Of a stretch of DNA of 64,000 nt, positions 29,867 to 38,361 are shown piece by piece (the stretch's first letter is position 1; each line of letters opens with the position of its first letter). The notes beneath the pieces are model-generated. The model did no database searches and was not told the origin of the DNA. It saw nothing but the letters and a program-made list of their open reading frames with translations. A program made the position numbers and the translations under genes. Source of the stretch: Ostreococcus lucimarinus (taxonomy: Eukaryota); assembly GCA_000092065.1 (NCBI GenBank), contig CP000597.1; one strand, 5' to 3'.

Positions 29867-30655
29867 ATGCCGACCGTCGCGCGCGCGCCGGCGCGATGCG
29901 CGCGCGCGACGCGCGCGACCGCCGGCGCGACGCGCGCGCGACGCCGCGACGCGACGCCGCGAGGGACGACGGCGCGACGGCGCGACGAAATCGTCCGCCG
30001 CGGCGCGCGCGATCGCGCCGACGACGCCGCGGCGGCGCCGGTCGACGCGTTCGACGCGGTGAAACGCGGCGCGGCGTCGCTTGCGTTGGCGCTGACGCTC
30101 AGCGCGCACGCGTGCGCGCCCGCGAGCGCGCGATTGGAGGGGGTGAACAACCCGGCGCTGCTGCCGCCGGGACCCGCGGCGCCGGTGCTCGACGTCGCGG
30201 GATACCTCACGAAATCCGACGTCGCGCGCCTGACGACCGAGGTCGAGGCCCTGGAGAAAGACACGGGCGTGCGGTTGCGCGTGCTCGCGCAGGCGTACCC
30301 GCAGACGCCGGGATTGGCGGTGAAGGAGTACTGGAACGTGGACGACGACACCGTCGTCTTCGTCGCCGATCCGGGCTTGGGGAACATTTTAAACTTTAGC
30401 GTCGGTGGGAATCTCGATTTAGAGATCCCGCCCTCGTTTTGGACGCGGTTGGCGAATAAGTACGGCACGAAGTTTTACTGGAGCGAACGCGGGGAGGAGG
30501 CGAGCATCTCCGCCGCGGTGCGAGCCATCGACGCGTGCGCGCGCGAGCCGTCGGGGCGCGCCAAGTGCTCGAAAATTATGGAGTACGACGACGGCGGCGC
30601 CGGCGGATTCACCGACGGCGACGCCCCCAAGGGTTTAGGCAAGTTTTTTAAATAA
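29867..30655 (+). CDS. TPM-domain protein (TLP18.3/Psb32-like), predicted thylakoid-lumen targeted
   Basis: TPM/MOLO-1 domain (VLDVAGYLTKSDVARLTTEVEALEKDTGVRLRVLAQAY...). The N-terminus looks bipartite: an Arg-rich transit-like region, then a twin-arginine (RRRDEIVRRG) and hydrophobic AASLALALTLSAHACAPASA with an AxA site. ATG at 29867; the tool ORF starts inside the overlapping aspartase gene. Confidence 0.6.
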   Translation: MPTVARAPARCARATRATAGATRARRRDATPRGTTARRRDEIVRRGARDRADDAAAAPVDAFDAVKRGAASLALALTLSAHACAPASARLEGVNNPALLPPGPAAPVLDVAGYLTKSDVARLTTEVEALEKDTGVRLRVLAQAYPQTPGLAVKEYWNVDDDTVVFVADPGLGNILNFSVGGNLDLEIPPSFWTRLANKYGTKFYWSERGEEASISAAVRAIDACAREPSGRAKCSKIMEYDDGGAGGFTDGDAPKGLGKFFK

Positions 30656-30922
30656 TTTTTCGCTTCGTTTCGCTTCGTTTCGCTTCGTTCCGCGCTCGGC
30701 GTCGCCGCGAGCCGCGCGCGCCTTCGCGCCGCCGCGAAAACCCACACACGAGGGTTTTAATGACGCTCCCATCGAACGCCGACCCGTCGCCCCCGCACAC
30801 TTCGTCGCCCGCGCGCGCGAACCGCTCAAAAGTTCGCACGGTTTTTACCGCACGACCTCGTTCCGCTCGATCGCCCTCGCGCTCGTCGCACAGACGCACA
30901 GACGCGCACTCATCGCGCCATC

Positions 30923-31306
30923 ATGTTCACCCGCTCGCCGACCGCGGCGACGATCAAAACGCCGCTCGTCGCGCACCGCGCGACGCGCCGCACCGCGCGA
31001 CGCGCGGTGACCACGGCGGGGATGAAATCTTCCGAGTGCCAAGCCATGGGCGACCGCGTGCTCGTGCTCGCGGACAAGGCGGAGAGCCAAACCAAGGGTG
31101 GGCTGTTTTTGGCGGGCGGCGCGGGCGCGGGCGGACCGGGATCGAGCGTCACGGGAAAAGTGGCGAGCGTCGGTGAAAACGTGAAGGGAATCAAAAAAGG
31201 GGACGCGGTGCTGATCAATGGATTCTCGGGGACGGAGGTTGAGTTCGAGGATGGTGAGAAGGGGAAGTTTATCAACGCCGTCGACGTGTTGGCGGTGCTC
31301 GGATAG
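30923..31306 (+). CDS. Cpn10/GroES-type co-chaperonin with organellar presequence
   Basis: GDRVLV...QTKGGLFLAG...GKVASVGENVKGIKKGDAVLINGFSGTEVEFEDGEKGKFINAVDVLAVL matches the single-domain GroES fold. ATG at 30923 with an Arg/Thr-rich presequence. Confidence 0.75.
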   Translation: MFTRSPTAATIKTPLVAHRATRRTARRAVTTAGMKSSECQAMGDRVLVLADKAESQTKGGLFLAGGAGAGGPGSSVTGKVASVGENVKGIKKGDAVLINGFSGTEVEFEDGEKGKFINAVDVLAVLG

Positions 31307-31477
31307 ACGAGAGACGTCGCGCCGAAAACGCCCGCACGATCGCCGATCGAATGATTTGTCAATAAATACCACAGTTAAATGATTTTTAAAGCGCGCTTCG
31401 CGTTCGTTTTGTGATTAGATTACATGAATGACGCGCGCGGTGTAGTGATGATGAATCGAGAAACCGACGCCGACTGC

Positions 31478-32661
31478 TTAATGGTCGGCGTCCGGGTTGT
31501 GGAAGTGGAACTTGCTCGCGCCGAGCGCTTCCATGACGGAATCGAAGATACCGAATTGACCGGCGGTGAGAGTACCGATCATGACGCAACGCGCGGCCAA
31601 ACCTTGGGTGCAGAGCTTGACAACGCCAGTCTCCGCGGCGATGCGGCCGAGACGCGTCACAATGGAACCGGTGCCCCCCGCGCCGGCTTTGTTCACCTTA
31701 GACAACAAGGTATCGGCGGGGTGGGAGATGATGGCGGCGACGACACCAGCGACGACACCAGAAGACAGAGAGACGGAGACGTTTTCAGAGCTCGTGCATT
31801 CCTTGGGAGACTTGCCCATGGACTCGTAGATGGCTTCGGCGGCGCGCCCTTGGACGGCGAACTTGGCCATGGTGTACGGCACTTGCTTGGCCAGAATCGG
31901 ACCGAAACCAGAGTAGAAACCGCTGATGATGCCTTCTTCGCTCGCCATCTTCGCCATGGCGCTGAGAGTGGACGGCGCGTACGTCGGGTTGGACACCAAA
32001 CGGATGCGCGTCGCCTCGAGCGGGCACAAGAAGACGTCGGCGATGAACTCGGCCACCGCGGCGGAGCCGAGGTAGATGGTGTTACGGTTATTCCACGCCT
32101 CCCGTTCGGTCATGCTTTGCGCGGCGTTGATCTTGAAGTATTCAACACCACCGAACTTGAACCAACCTTGGATAAAATAACCCACCGCCGTCGGACCGAG
32201 ACCGGTGAGCAAAGCCCCGGCGCCTTCCTCGGCAATCACCTTGGAGAAGCCAGACACCATACCGCCGTACTTGGACGGATCCAATTGCATGCGCGTCTGT
32301 ACCGATATAAAATTAAATCACGCTCGTCAGTCGATATTCGCACCGCACGCGACGTCGCGCGCGCGTCCGTCGTCGTCGACGCCCCGTCGAGCGCTCGCTC
32401 GCTCGTCGATTCATCCATCGCGGTTCGCGCGCGCGCCTCCGAGCGCACCTTGACCACATCCACCGGCGTCACCGCCCCGTGCGTGAACCCACAGCAGATC
32501 CCGCCCGAGAGCGCTCCCCGAAGGTAATAATCCAGCGTGTACTCCTTCTTCGACGCCGCCGCGAACGCCGGATTCGCGTTTCGTTCCTTCAGCGCGCCCA
32601 GCGTCGCCGTCGGCGCGTACAGGCTCGCCGGCGTCGCCCGCTTGATGAATTCTTGAAGCAT
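31478..32661 (-). CDS. Mitochondrial phosphate carrier (SLC25A3/PiC, mitochondrial carrier family), two coding exons: complement(join(31478..32296,32449..32661))
   Basis: Exon 2 matches PiC repeats 1-3 (TRMQLDPSKYGG..., GFGPILAKQVPYTMAKFAVQ). Exon 1 (ATG 32661) encodes ...DYYLRGALSGGICCGFTHGAVTPVDVVK, matching PiC helix 1 (TPLDLVKCRMQVD). Donor GTCAAG|GTGCGCT at 32448, branch TCGACTGACGAG, acceptor GGTACAG at 32297. Confidence 0.85.
32297..32448 (-). other. Spliceosomal intron in phosphate-carrier gene (152 nt, phase 0)
   Basis: GTGCGCT donor, ACTGACGA branch 29 nt upstream of an AT-rich tract (TTTAATTTTATATCGGTACAG). The splice restores the conserved VDVVK|TRMQ junction. Confidence 0.65.
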
Positions 32662-33060
32662 CTGCGTCGTCGCGCCGTCCGAACGTTCGCGCGCGCGTCA
32701 GTCGCTCCGCGCGCGCGTAAGATGCGCGCGATCTATCGGGACACCGCGCGCGCGCGATCGCGTCGCTCGCGTCGCGCCCTCGCGCCGCGCGCGCGCGTCG
32801 CGCGCGTCGATCGCGCGCGCGTCGTCGCGTCGCCCTCGCGCGCGCGCGCCGCGTCGAAACGCGCACCGTGATGGTTCGTCGAGGAGTGTCGCGCGCGCCG
32901 CGCGTCGTCGCCGCCGTCGTCGACCGCGTCCGCGTCGCCTCGCGAACGACGCGCCGAGGTTCAAATCGTCGCGTCGATCGACGGCGCGAGGTTCGAGGCG
33001 CGACCGGCGAACCCGGACCGACCGACGGACCGACCGACGCGCGCGGCAGACGCGCGCGCG

Positions 33061-33882
33061 ATGGCGCGCGACGGCGCGGGCGACGGCGCGTCGCGCGCGA
33101 GCGCGCGCGCGTACGTGTTCGATCTCGACGGCACGCTGTACGCGATCGCGAACGGGTACGAGGCGGCGTGTCGACGACGCGTGTACGAATTCATGGCGAC
33201 GCGGTGCGCGGGCGTCGACGACGTCGCGGAGGCGCGCGTCGTGTGGGAAAAATGGTTCAAGAGGTATAATCAAACGCTGCGAGCGCTGCGACACGGCGCG
33301 GGGTACGAGTTCGACGCGGCGGAGTATTGGCGATTCACGCGCGGCGACGCGCGCGAGCACCTCGCGCCGAGCGCGGACGTGCGCGCGTTCGTCGAATCGT
33401 TACCGGGCGGGCGAGAGAATAAGTACGTGTTCACGAATTGCAACGAGACGCAGGCGCTGGAGGCGCTGGAGGCGCTCGGGTTGCGAGACTGTTTCGCGGA
33501 CCGCGTCTTCGGCGCGGGAGGCATGGGAGAGTGCTGCAAACCCGAACGCGAGGCGTTTGAAAAGTTCTTCGCGTTTTGCGGCGTCGACGTCGCGGACGCG
33601 TCGGAGTGCGTGTTTTTCGAGGACTCGCTCAAAAACTTGCGCGCGGCGAAGGAGATTTTCGGGATGACGACCGTGCTCGTCGCCGGCGAGACGTTTTACG
33701 AGGAGACGCGCGACGCGAAGACCGACGTCGCGGACGCGGCGCCGTCTTATGTCGATCTCGTGCCGTCTTACGTCGATCTCGTCGTTCACGGCGGCGAATT
33801 GACCGAGCGCGCCGTTTCTCGCGCGCTGCGCGACGTTCCGAGCGCCGCGCGCTGTCGCGTCGCGCTCGGTCTGGACGCCTGA
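33061..33882 (+). CDS. HAD-superfamily hydrolase, subfamily IA (SDT1-like pyrimidine 5'-nucleotidase family)
   Basis: Motif I VFDLDGTLY, motif II FTN, motif III KP, and motif IV FFEDSLKN. ATG at 33061. It contains a short in-frame tandem duplication (PSYVDLV x2). Confidence 0.7.
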   Translation: MARDGAGDGASRASARAYVFDLDGTLYAIANGYEAACRRRVYEFMATRCAGVDDVAEARVVWEKWFKRYNQTLRALRHGAGYEFDAAEYWRFTRGDAREHLAPSADVRAFVESLPGGRENKYVFTNCNETQALEALEALGLRDCFADRVFGAGGMGECCKPEREAFEKFFAFCGVDVADASECVFFEDSLKNLRAAKEIFGMTTVLVAGETFYEETRDAKTDVADAAPSYVDLVPSYVDLVVHGGELTERAVSRALRDVPSAARCRVALGLDA

Positions 33883-34133
33883 TGTCCGAGAAAGTATTTA
33901 TATCATTGTTTCATCTGTATGCCTATACCCGTATGTCCGAACTACTATGTTATCCTACACGTACCCCTCTGCATCCACATAGCACTAAATCATCCCCCAT
34001 ACTGTTCCGGCATTCGCTATCCGCGTCACGATTGCCCTCGCCGCGCACCGCCCCGCACACGCGCGCGCGACCGCTCGCGCGCACGCTCGCCCATCGGAGC
34101 GCGCGACCGACGTTTCCCTCGTCCGCTCGAGCG

Positions 34134-36422
34134 ATGCGCGTCGCCCGCGAGCGCGTCCTCGCGCCCCGCGCGCCGCTTCGCGCCTCGCGCGCGCGCGCGC
34201 GCCGTCTCCACCGCGCGCGCCCGCGCGCGCTCGACCGCGTCGACGGCGCGAGCGATCCGGGCAAGCGACCGGAGCACGAGCGCGAAGAATTTCGCTCCAC
34301 GGATTTGACGCCTCGAAGCGCGCGCTTCGCGGTCGATCGCGACGGGGCGAGCGCGTTTTTGGATCGCGGGAGCGCGGCGCGTCGCGACGGGGCGAACGAC
34401 GGCGCGAGCGACGACGGCGACGGCGCGCGCGAGGGCGAGCGAGAGCAGACGGAGCAGAGATTTATGGCGGACGCCAGCGATCCGTTCGCGGCGGCGTCGG
34501 ACGCGGCGACGGCGCGGTTGAGGGCGCGACTGACGCGGAGCGGCGCGGGGGCGACGACGCGAGGCGACGACGGAGCGACGACGGAGCGACGACGAAGCGA
34601 CGCGGACGTGGTGTCGAGGTTTGATGATTTGGAGATTGAGGCGAGTGCGTTGGAGGCGCTGGAGGCGCAGCTTGAGGATGCGATTGAGAGTGAAGATTAC
34701 GCGAGCGCGGCGTCGTTGAAGCGGGCGGCGGATGCGCTGCGAGCGAGCGACGATACGGGACAAATGTGCGAGGCGTACGCGAAGGCGATCGCTGAGGATA
34801 GGTTTGAAGACGCCGTACGGTTGAGAGACGCTGGTGTGGGGCTGTGTGGATGGTGGGCGGGGATGGAGGAGGTGCCGCAGGGTGAGGACGACGGGGAGCG
34901 CGCGGAGGGAGACGAAGCGCGCGAGCATCCGACGGGGGTGATTATGAGGATATCTCGCGAGCACGGACGACTCGTGGGATCGACGTATTCGTCTCGAGAC
35001 TTGGCTGATATCGTGGAACTAAATAAAGCGTACCCGAAAGGGTACGATTACGACGCTGGACAGCCGGTGATGGAGATTATGTTGCAGGAGGACGCCGACG
35101 CCGCGGGTGGGTTTCGTCGCGACGTCATGCGGTTAAACTACATCCCGGTTTCGATTCCTCTCGTCGATGACGACGAGGAGGAGGAAACGACGTCGTCGGA
35201 AGCTTTGATTGAAGGCGGTGTCGGATTCATCGCGACGCAGAGCGAGTCTACGTCGTCGACCGCAGTCGTGGACGACGCGACGGCGGCGGCGGATGTCGAA
35301 GACGCGCTTCGCGGCGCCGCTCGCGAAGACATCGAAAGCGTCAAGGAAGAAATCAAAGCCAAGCTTCTCGGGCTCGATCCTTCGAGTGGAAAGACGCGCG
35401 ATGACGCGCTTGAAGAGATTGGTGCGATGTTGGATAAGTTTAACGACGCCATCAACGCAGAGGATGACGACGACGACGACGACGACGAGACGCTGTACGA
35501 CATCAAGCGTACCACGGCGGCGTTGCATCAAGAGGGTTTGCACGCGTTCGTGCTCACGAGCGACAACGAAATGTTATCTCTCGATGACGACGACGACGAC
35601 GACGGCGACGACCGCAGACCGTTCTCTCACGCGCTGGATAAGGAGATCGAAGGCTTCTTGGCCACAAAGTGGGAGAGCATGGTGCCCAACGCTGACGCGA
35701 CGGCGTCGCGAGGCTTGGGCGCTGGATCGCACACGGCTCTCGTGAACGCGGTGAAAGAGGCCGCGCAAGAGATGTTTGCGAGTCAAGACGAAAATGACGA
35801 AGATTTGGACGAGGAGTACTTTGGAGAAGGCGACGATGACGACGAAGACGTCGACGAGGTGAGCGCCGAGGAATTACTCGCGCTCATCGGTCAAGACGCC
35901 GTCTTGCACCGCCCGCTTCCGGGTCGAGTGCGATTTCAGCGCATCGATCCGCGCCTGGCGTCGGGTTCGCGAAACGATGTCTTCGACGGGCTTTATATCG
36001 GTGCTTTTGGCCCGCACGGTCCGGAAGTTTTGCGCATGGTTCGCGGGCGCTGGGGCGACGACGTCGGCGAGTCAAACGAGTGCGTCACCGCCGTCAAGCT
36101 CACGGGCGACGAAAACGTCCCGTGCGGCGCCGCGAGTTTCCGCGCCAAAGTGAGCAAGGAAAACTTAATCACCGAAGGCAGCTCTTATCCCGATGAGCTC
36201 GGCGTGTTGGCGAGATACAAGGGCGAAGGCCGCGTCGCCAAGCCCGGGTTCGCCGACTCGCACTGGGTCGAGGGTGAACTCTTGGTCTTGAACGGCAAGG
36301 GTGGATCTCTCACCGGCGGTGCCGAGCTCGGTTTCGTCTGGGCCGTCCCGGGTGAGCGAAGATTACTCATCTTATTCTCTTCGCTCGTCCTTCCGGACGT
36401 CGACGTCGCCAAGACGCGCTAA
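34134..36422 (+). CDS. EXECUTER1/2-like protein (UVR motif + DUF3506), plastid singlet-oxygen signalling family
   Basis: UVR-type motif (ESEDYASAASLKRAADALR) and a C-terminal block that closely matches Arabidopsis EX1 (GLYIGAFGPHGPEV...AVKLTGDENVPCGAASFRAKV...LGVLARYKGEGRVAKPGFADSHWVEGELLVLNG...LGFVWAVPGE). The start is uncertain: I take the ATG at 34134; the tool ORF overlaps the upstream HAD gene. It contains poly-Asp tracts. Confidence 0.7.
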   Translation: MRVARERVLAPRAPLRASRARARRLHRARPRALDRVDGASDPGKRPEHEREEFRSTDLTPRSARFAVDRDGASAFLDRGSAARRDGANDGASDDGDGAREGEREQTEQRFMADASDPFAAASDAATARLRARLTRSGAGATTRGDDGATTERRRSDADVVSRFDDLEIEASALEALEAQLEDAIESEDYASAASLKRAADALRASDDTGQMCEAYAKAIAEDRFEDAVRLRDAGVGLCGWWAGMEEVPQGEDDGERAEGDEAREHPTGVIMRISREHGRLVGSTYSSRDLADIVELNKAYPKGYDYDAGQPVMEIMLQEDADAAGGFRRDVMRLNYIPVSIPLVDDDEEEETTSSEALIEGGVGFIATQSESTSSTAVVDDATAAADVEDALRGAAREDIESVKEEIKAKLLGLDPSSGKTRDDALEEIGAMLDKFNDAINAEDDDDDDDDETLYDIKRTTAALHQEGLHAFVLTSDNEMLSLDDDDDDDGDDRRPFSHALDKEIEGFLATKWESMVPNADATASRGLGAGSHTALVNAVKEAAQEMFASQDENDEDLDEEYFGEGDDDDEDVDEVSAEELLALIGQDAVLHRPLPGRVRFQRIDPRLASGSRNDVFDGLYIGAFGPHGPEVLRMVRGRWGDDVGESNECVTAVKLTGDENVPCGAASFRAKVSKENLITEGSSYPDELGVLARYKGEGRVAKPGFADSHWVEGELLVLNGKGGSLTGGAELGFVWAVPGERRLLILFSSLVLPDVDVAKTR

Positions 36423-36652
36423 ATATTCTGCAATCAAAACGGCGACGCCTTCGTCGCTGACCACTAACGAGTAACCATTCTTTTCTCAGCACCAAGTCAC
36501 GCGCGCGCGAGCATATTTTTTGTATTGCATTTTTGCATTAGAAGAGTGTTGTAACAACATAAACTCTGTTTCTTAAAAACTTTTGCTCGTTTACTTACAA
36601 CCCCGCGCGCGAGCGCCTTCGCGGCGACGACGCCATTATCACTAAAATCTCT

Positions 36653-37140
36653 CTACTTCGCGTTCGGGTTGGCGGCCAAATAACTCACCGCCTCCGGAAT
36701 CGACTGTATCTTATCCGCCTCCGCGTCCGGGATCTCCACCGCGAATTCCTCCTCCATCGCCATGACCACCTCCACGGTGTCCAACGAATCCAGCCCGAGA
36801 TCGCCCGCGAACGCCGACGTCGCCGTCACCTTGCTCGCGTCCACCTTTGCGAAGTTCTTCACCACGCTCACCACGCGCGCCGTGACTTCGTCCTCGTTCA
36901 AAAATCCCGCGCCGTACGCCCGGCACGCGCTCTGCGTCGTCGCGCGCCCCGCGTTTCCATCGTCAGTCTCGACGCGTAGGGTTGATCGATCGTCCATCGT
37001 TCGCGCGCGCGTCTTCGCCGTCGCGCGCGTCGCTCGGCGCGCGCGTCGCCGTCGGCGCGCACCGCGATCGTTTGAGGCGCGCGTCGCCCGCCTCGAAGCG
37101 CGTCGCGCCACGCGCGGTTCGTGAGCTGTCGTCGAAACAT
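36653..37140 (-). CDS. Mitochondrial acyl carrier protein (ACP/NDUFAB1-like), two exons: complement(join(36653..36931,37063..37140))
   Basis: Exon 2 has the ACP core (FAGDLGLDSLDTVEVVMAMEEEFAVEIPD). The tool ORF reads through an Arg-rich antisense-like stretch. A separate-frame exon 1 (ATG 37140) encodes a textbook presequence, MFRRQLTNRAWRDALRGGRRAPQTIA. Donor CG|GTGCGCG at 37062, branch GAGACTGACGATG, acceptor ACGCAG at 36932, joining to SACRAYGAGFLNEDE... Confidence 0.75.
36932..37062 (-). other. Spliceosomal intron in ACP gene (131 nt, phase 0)
   Basis: GTGCGCG donor; ACTGACGA 30 nt upstream of the CAG acceptor. The two exons are in different frames, as expected for a 131-nt intron. Confidence 0.6.
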
Positions 37141-37245
37141 GATGATCGCGTCGCGATGTGCCGCCGCGATCGCGTCGAAGCGCGCCGCGCATCGCGACGC
37201 GACGGCGCGCACGCGTCGTCGCGCGCGATCGCGATCGCGAAAATA

Positions 37246-38295
37246 ATGCGCCGTCGATCGGACGCGCGTCGCGGGGCGCGCGCGCGACGCGCGACGGTCC
37301 TGGCGGCGATGACGTCGGCGGCGTGTCTCGTCCACGCGGTGCGAACGCGCGCGTTCGGCGCGCGCGCGGACGCGGACGACGCGCTCGTCGCGGTCGGAGA
37401 CGCGCACGGGGACCCGGACGCGATGTTCGAGGCGCTGGCGCTCGCGGGGGTGACGCGCGAGCGCGGGCGAGGGTGGTGGCGACGGCCGGGCGAGGGCGCC
37501 GGCGCGCGCGCGACGTGCGTGCAGACGGGCGACTTGGTGGACCGAGGCGAGCGGTCGATCGAGGCCGTGGACGAGGTCGAGCGGTTGACGCGAGAGGCGA
37601 ACGCGGTCGGGGATGAGTTCGTGAGCTTGCTGGGGAATCACGAGCTGATGACGCTGCAGGGGGATCACAGGTTCGCGTCGCGGGACGAGCTGACGGCGCT
37701 CGGGCGGTCGGAGCTCGAACGCGAGGGCGTGGTGGAGGCGGATAAGGGCGTGGGGTTGGGCGTGCGGGCGTACTTTTACGCGGGGAAGTTGAAGTGGCGT
37801 CAGACGTTCGCGAAAGGGTCGACGCGAGGGGACGTTCTGCGGGAGAAGCCGTGGGCGGCGGTGCGAGGACGCGGACGATGCGCGACGGCGTTTTCGCACG
37901 CGGGACTGTTGCCCGAACACTTATTCGGGAGAGACGACGTCGACGAACTCAACGCGCGCGGGGCGAAGCTTTTGGCGGTGGATGAAGTCGGACGCGACGA
38001 TCCTTTACTGCTCGACCGCGGGCCGATGTGGACGAGGACGATTTCCATGGGCGACGAGTCGGAGGCGTGCGCGCTCGCCGCAGAGGTGATTCGTCGACTC
38101 GGCGTTCGGCGCATGGTCGTAGGTCACACCGTGACAAAGAGCGGTAAAATAGAAACGCGGTGCGATGGTTTGATTCACATGATCGATGTCGGCATGTCCA
38201 AGGCGTACGGAGGCTCGCCGAGCGTTTGGATGTGCACGGAGAGCGAAGGGCCGATGGCGATTTCGCGCGACAGTCGCGTTCCACTCGAGAATTAG
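37246..38295 (+). CDS. Shewanella-like protein phosphatase (SLP; calcineurin-like metallophosphoesterase, PPP family)
   Basis: GDAHGD, GDLVDRG and GNHE motifs plus later His motifs. The N-terminal Arg-rich presequence starts at the ATG at 37246. The tool ORF begins inside the ACP locus. Confidence 0.65.
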   Translation: MRRRSDARRGARARRATVLAAMTSAACLVHAVRTRAFGARADADDALVAVGDAHGDPDAMFEALALAGVTRERGRGWWRRPGEGAGARATCVQTGDLVDRGERSIEAVDEVERLTREANAVGDEFVSLLGNHELMTLQGDHRFASRDELTALGRSELEREGVVEADKGVGLGVRAYFYAGKLKWRQTFAKGSTRGDVLREKPWAAVRGRGRCATAFSHAGLLPEHLFGRDDVDELNARGAKLLAVDEVGRDDPLLLDRGPMWTRTISMGDESEACALAAEVIRRLGVRRMVVGHTVTKSGKIETRCDGLIHMIDVGMSKAYGGSPSVWMCTESEGPMAISRDSRVPLEN

Positions 38296-38361
38296 CGTAG
38301 TACAAGCGGTGTATTTTTTCACAATGGTTAGCTAGTCTAATAGCATGCGTATGCATCTAAA

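Noticed and set aside
33750-33790. Tandem in-frame duplication PSYVDLV-PSYVDLV in the HAD hydrolase as a functional repeat.
   Set aside because: It is a single 21-nt duplication in a C-terminal tail, most simply replication slippage, with no evidence of function.
33882-34133. EXECUTER start at ATG 33882 (MSEKVFISLF...).
   Set aside because: That ATG overlaps the HAD gene stop and lies in the AT-rich 3' spacer. The encoded peptide is unlike a transit peptide. I chose the downstream ATG at 34134, but an upstream spliced exon cannot be excluded.
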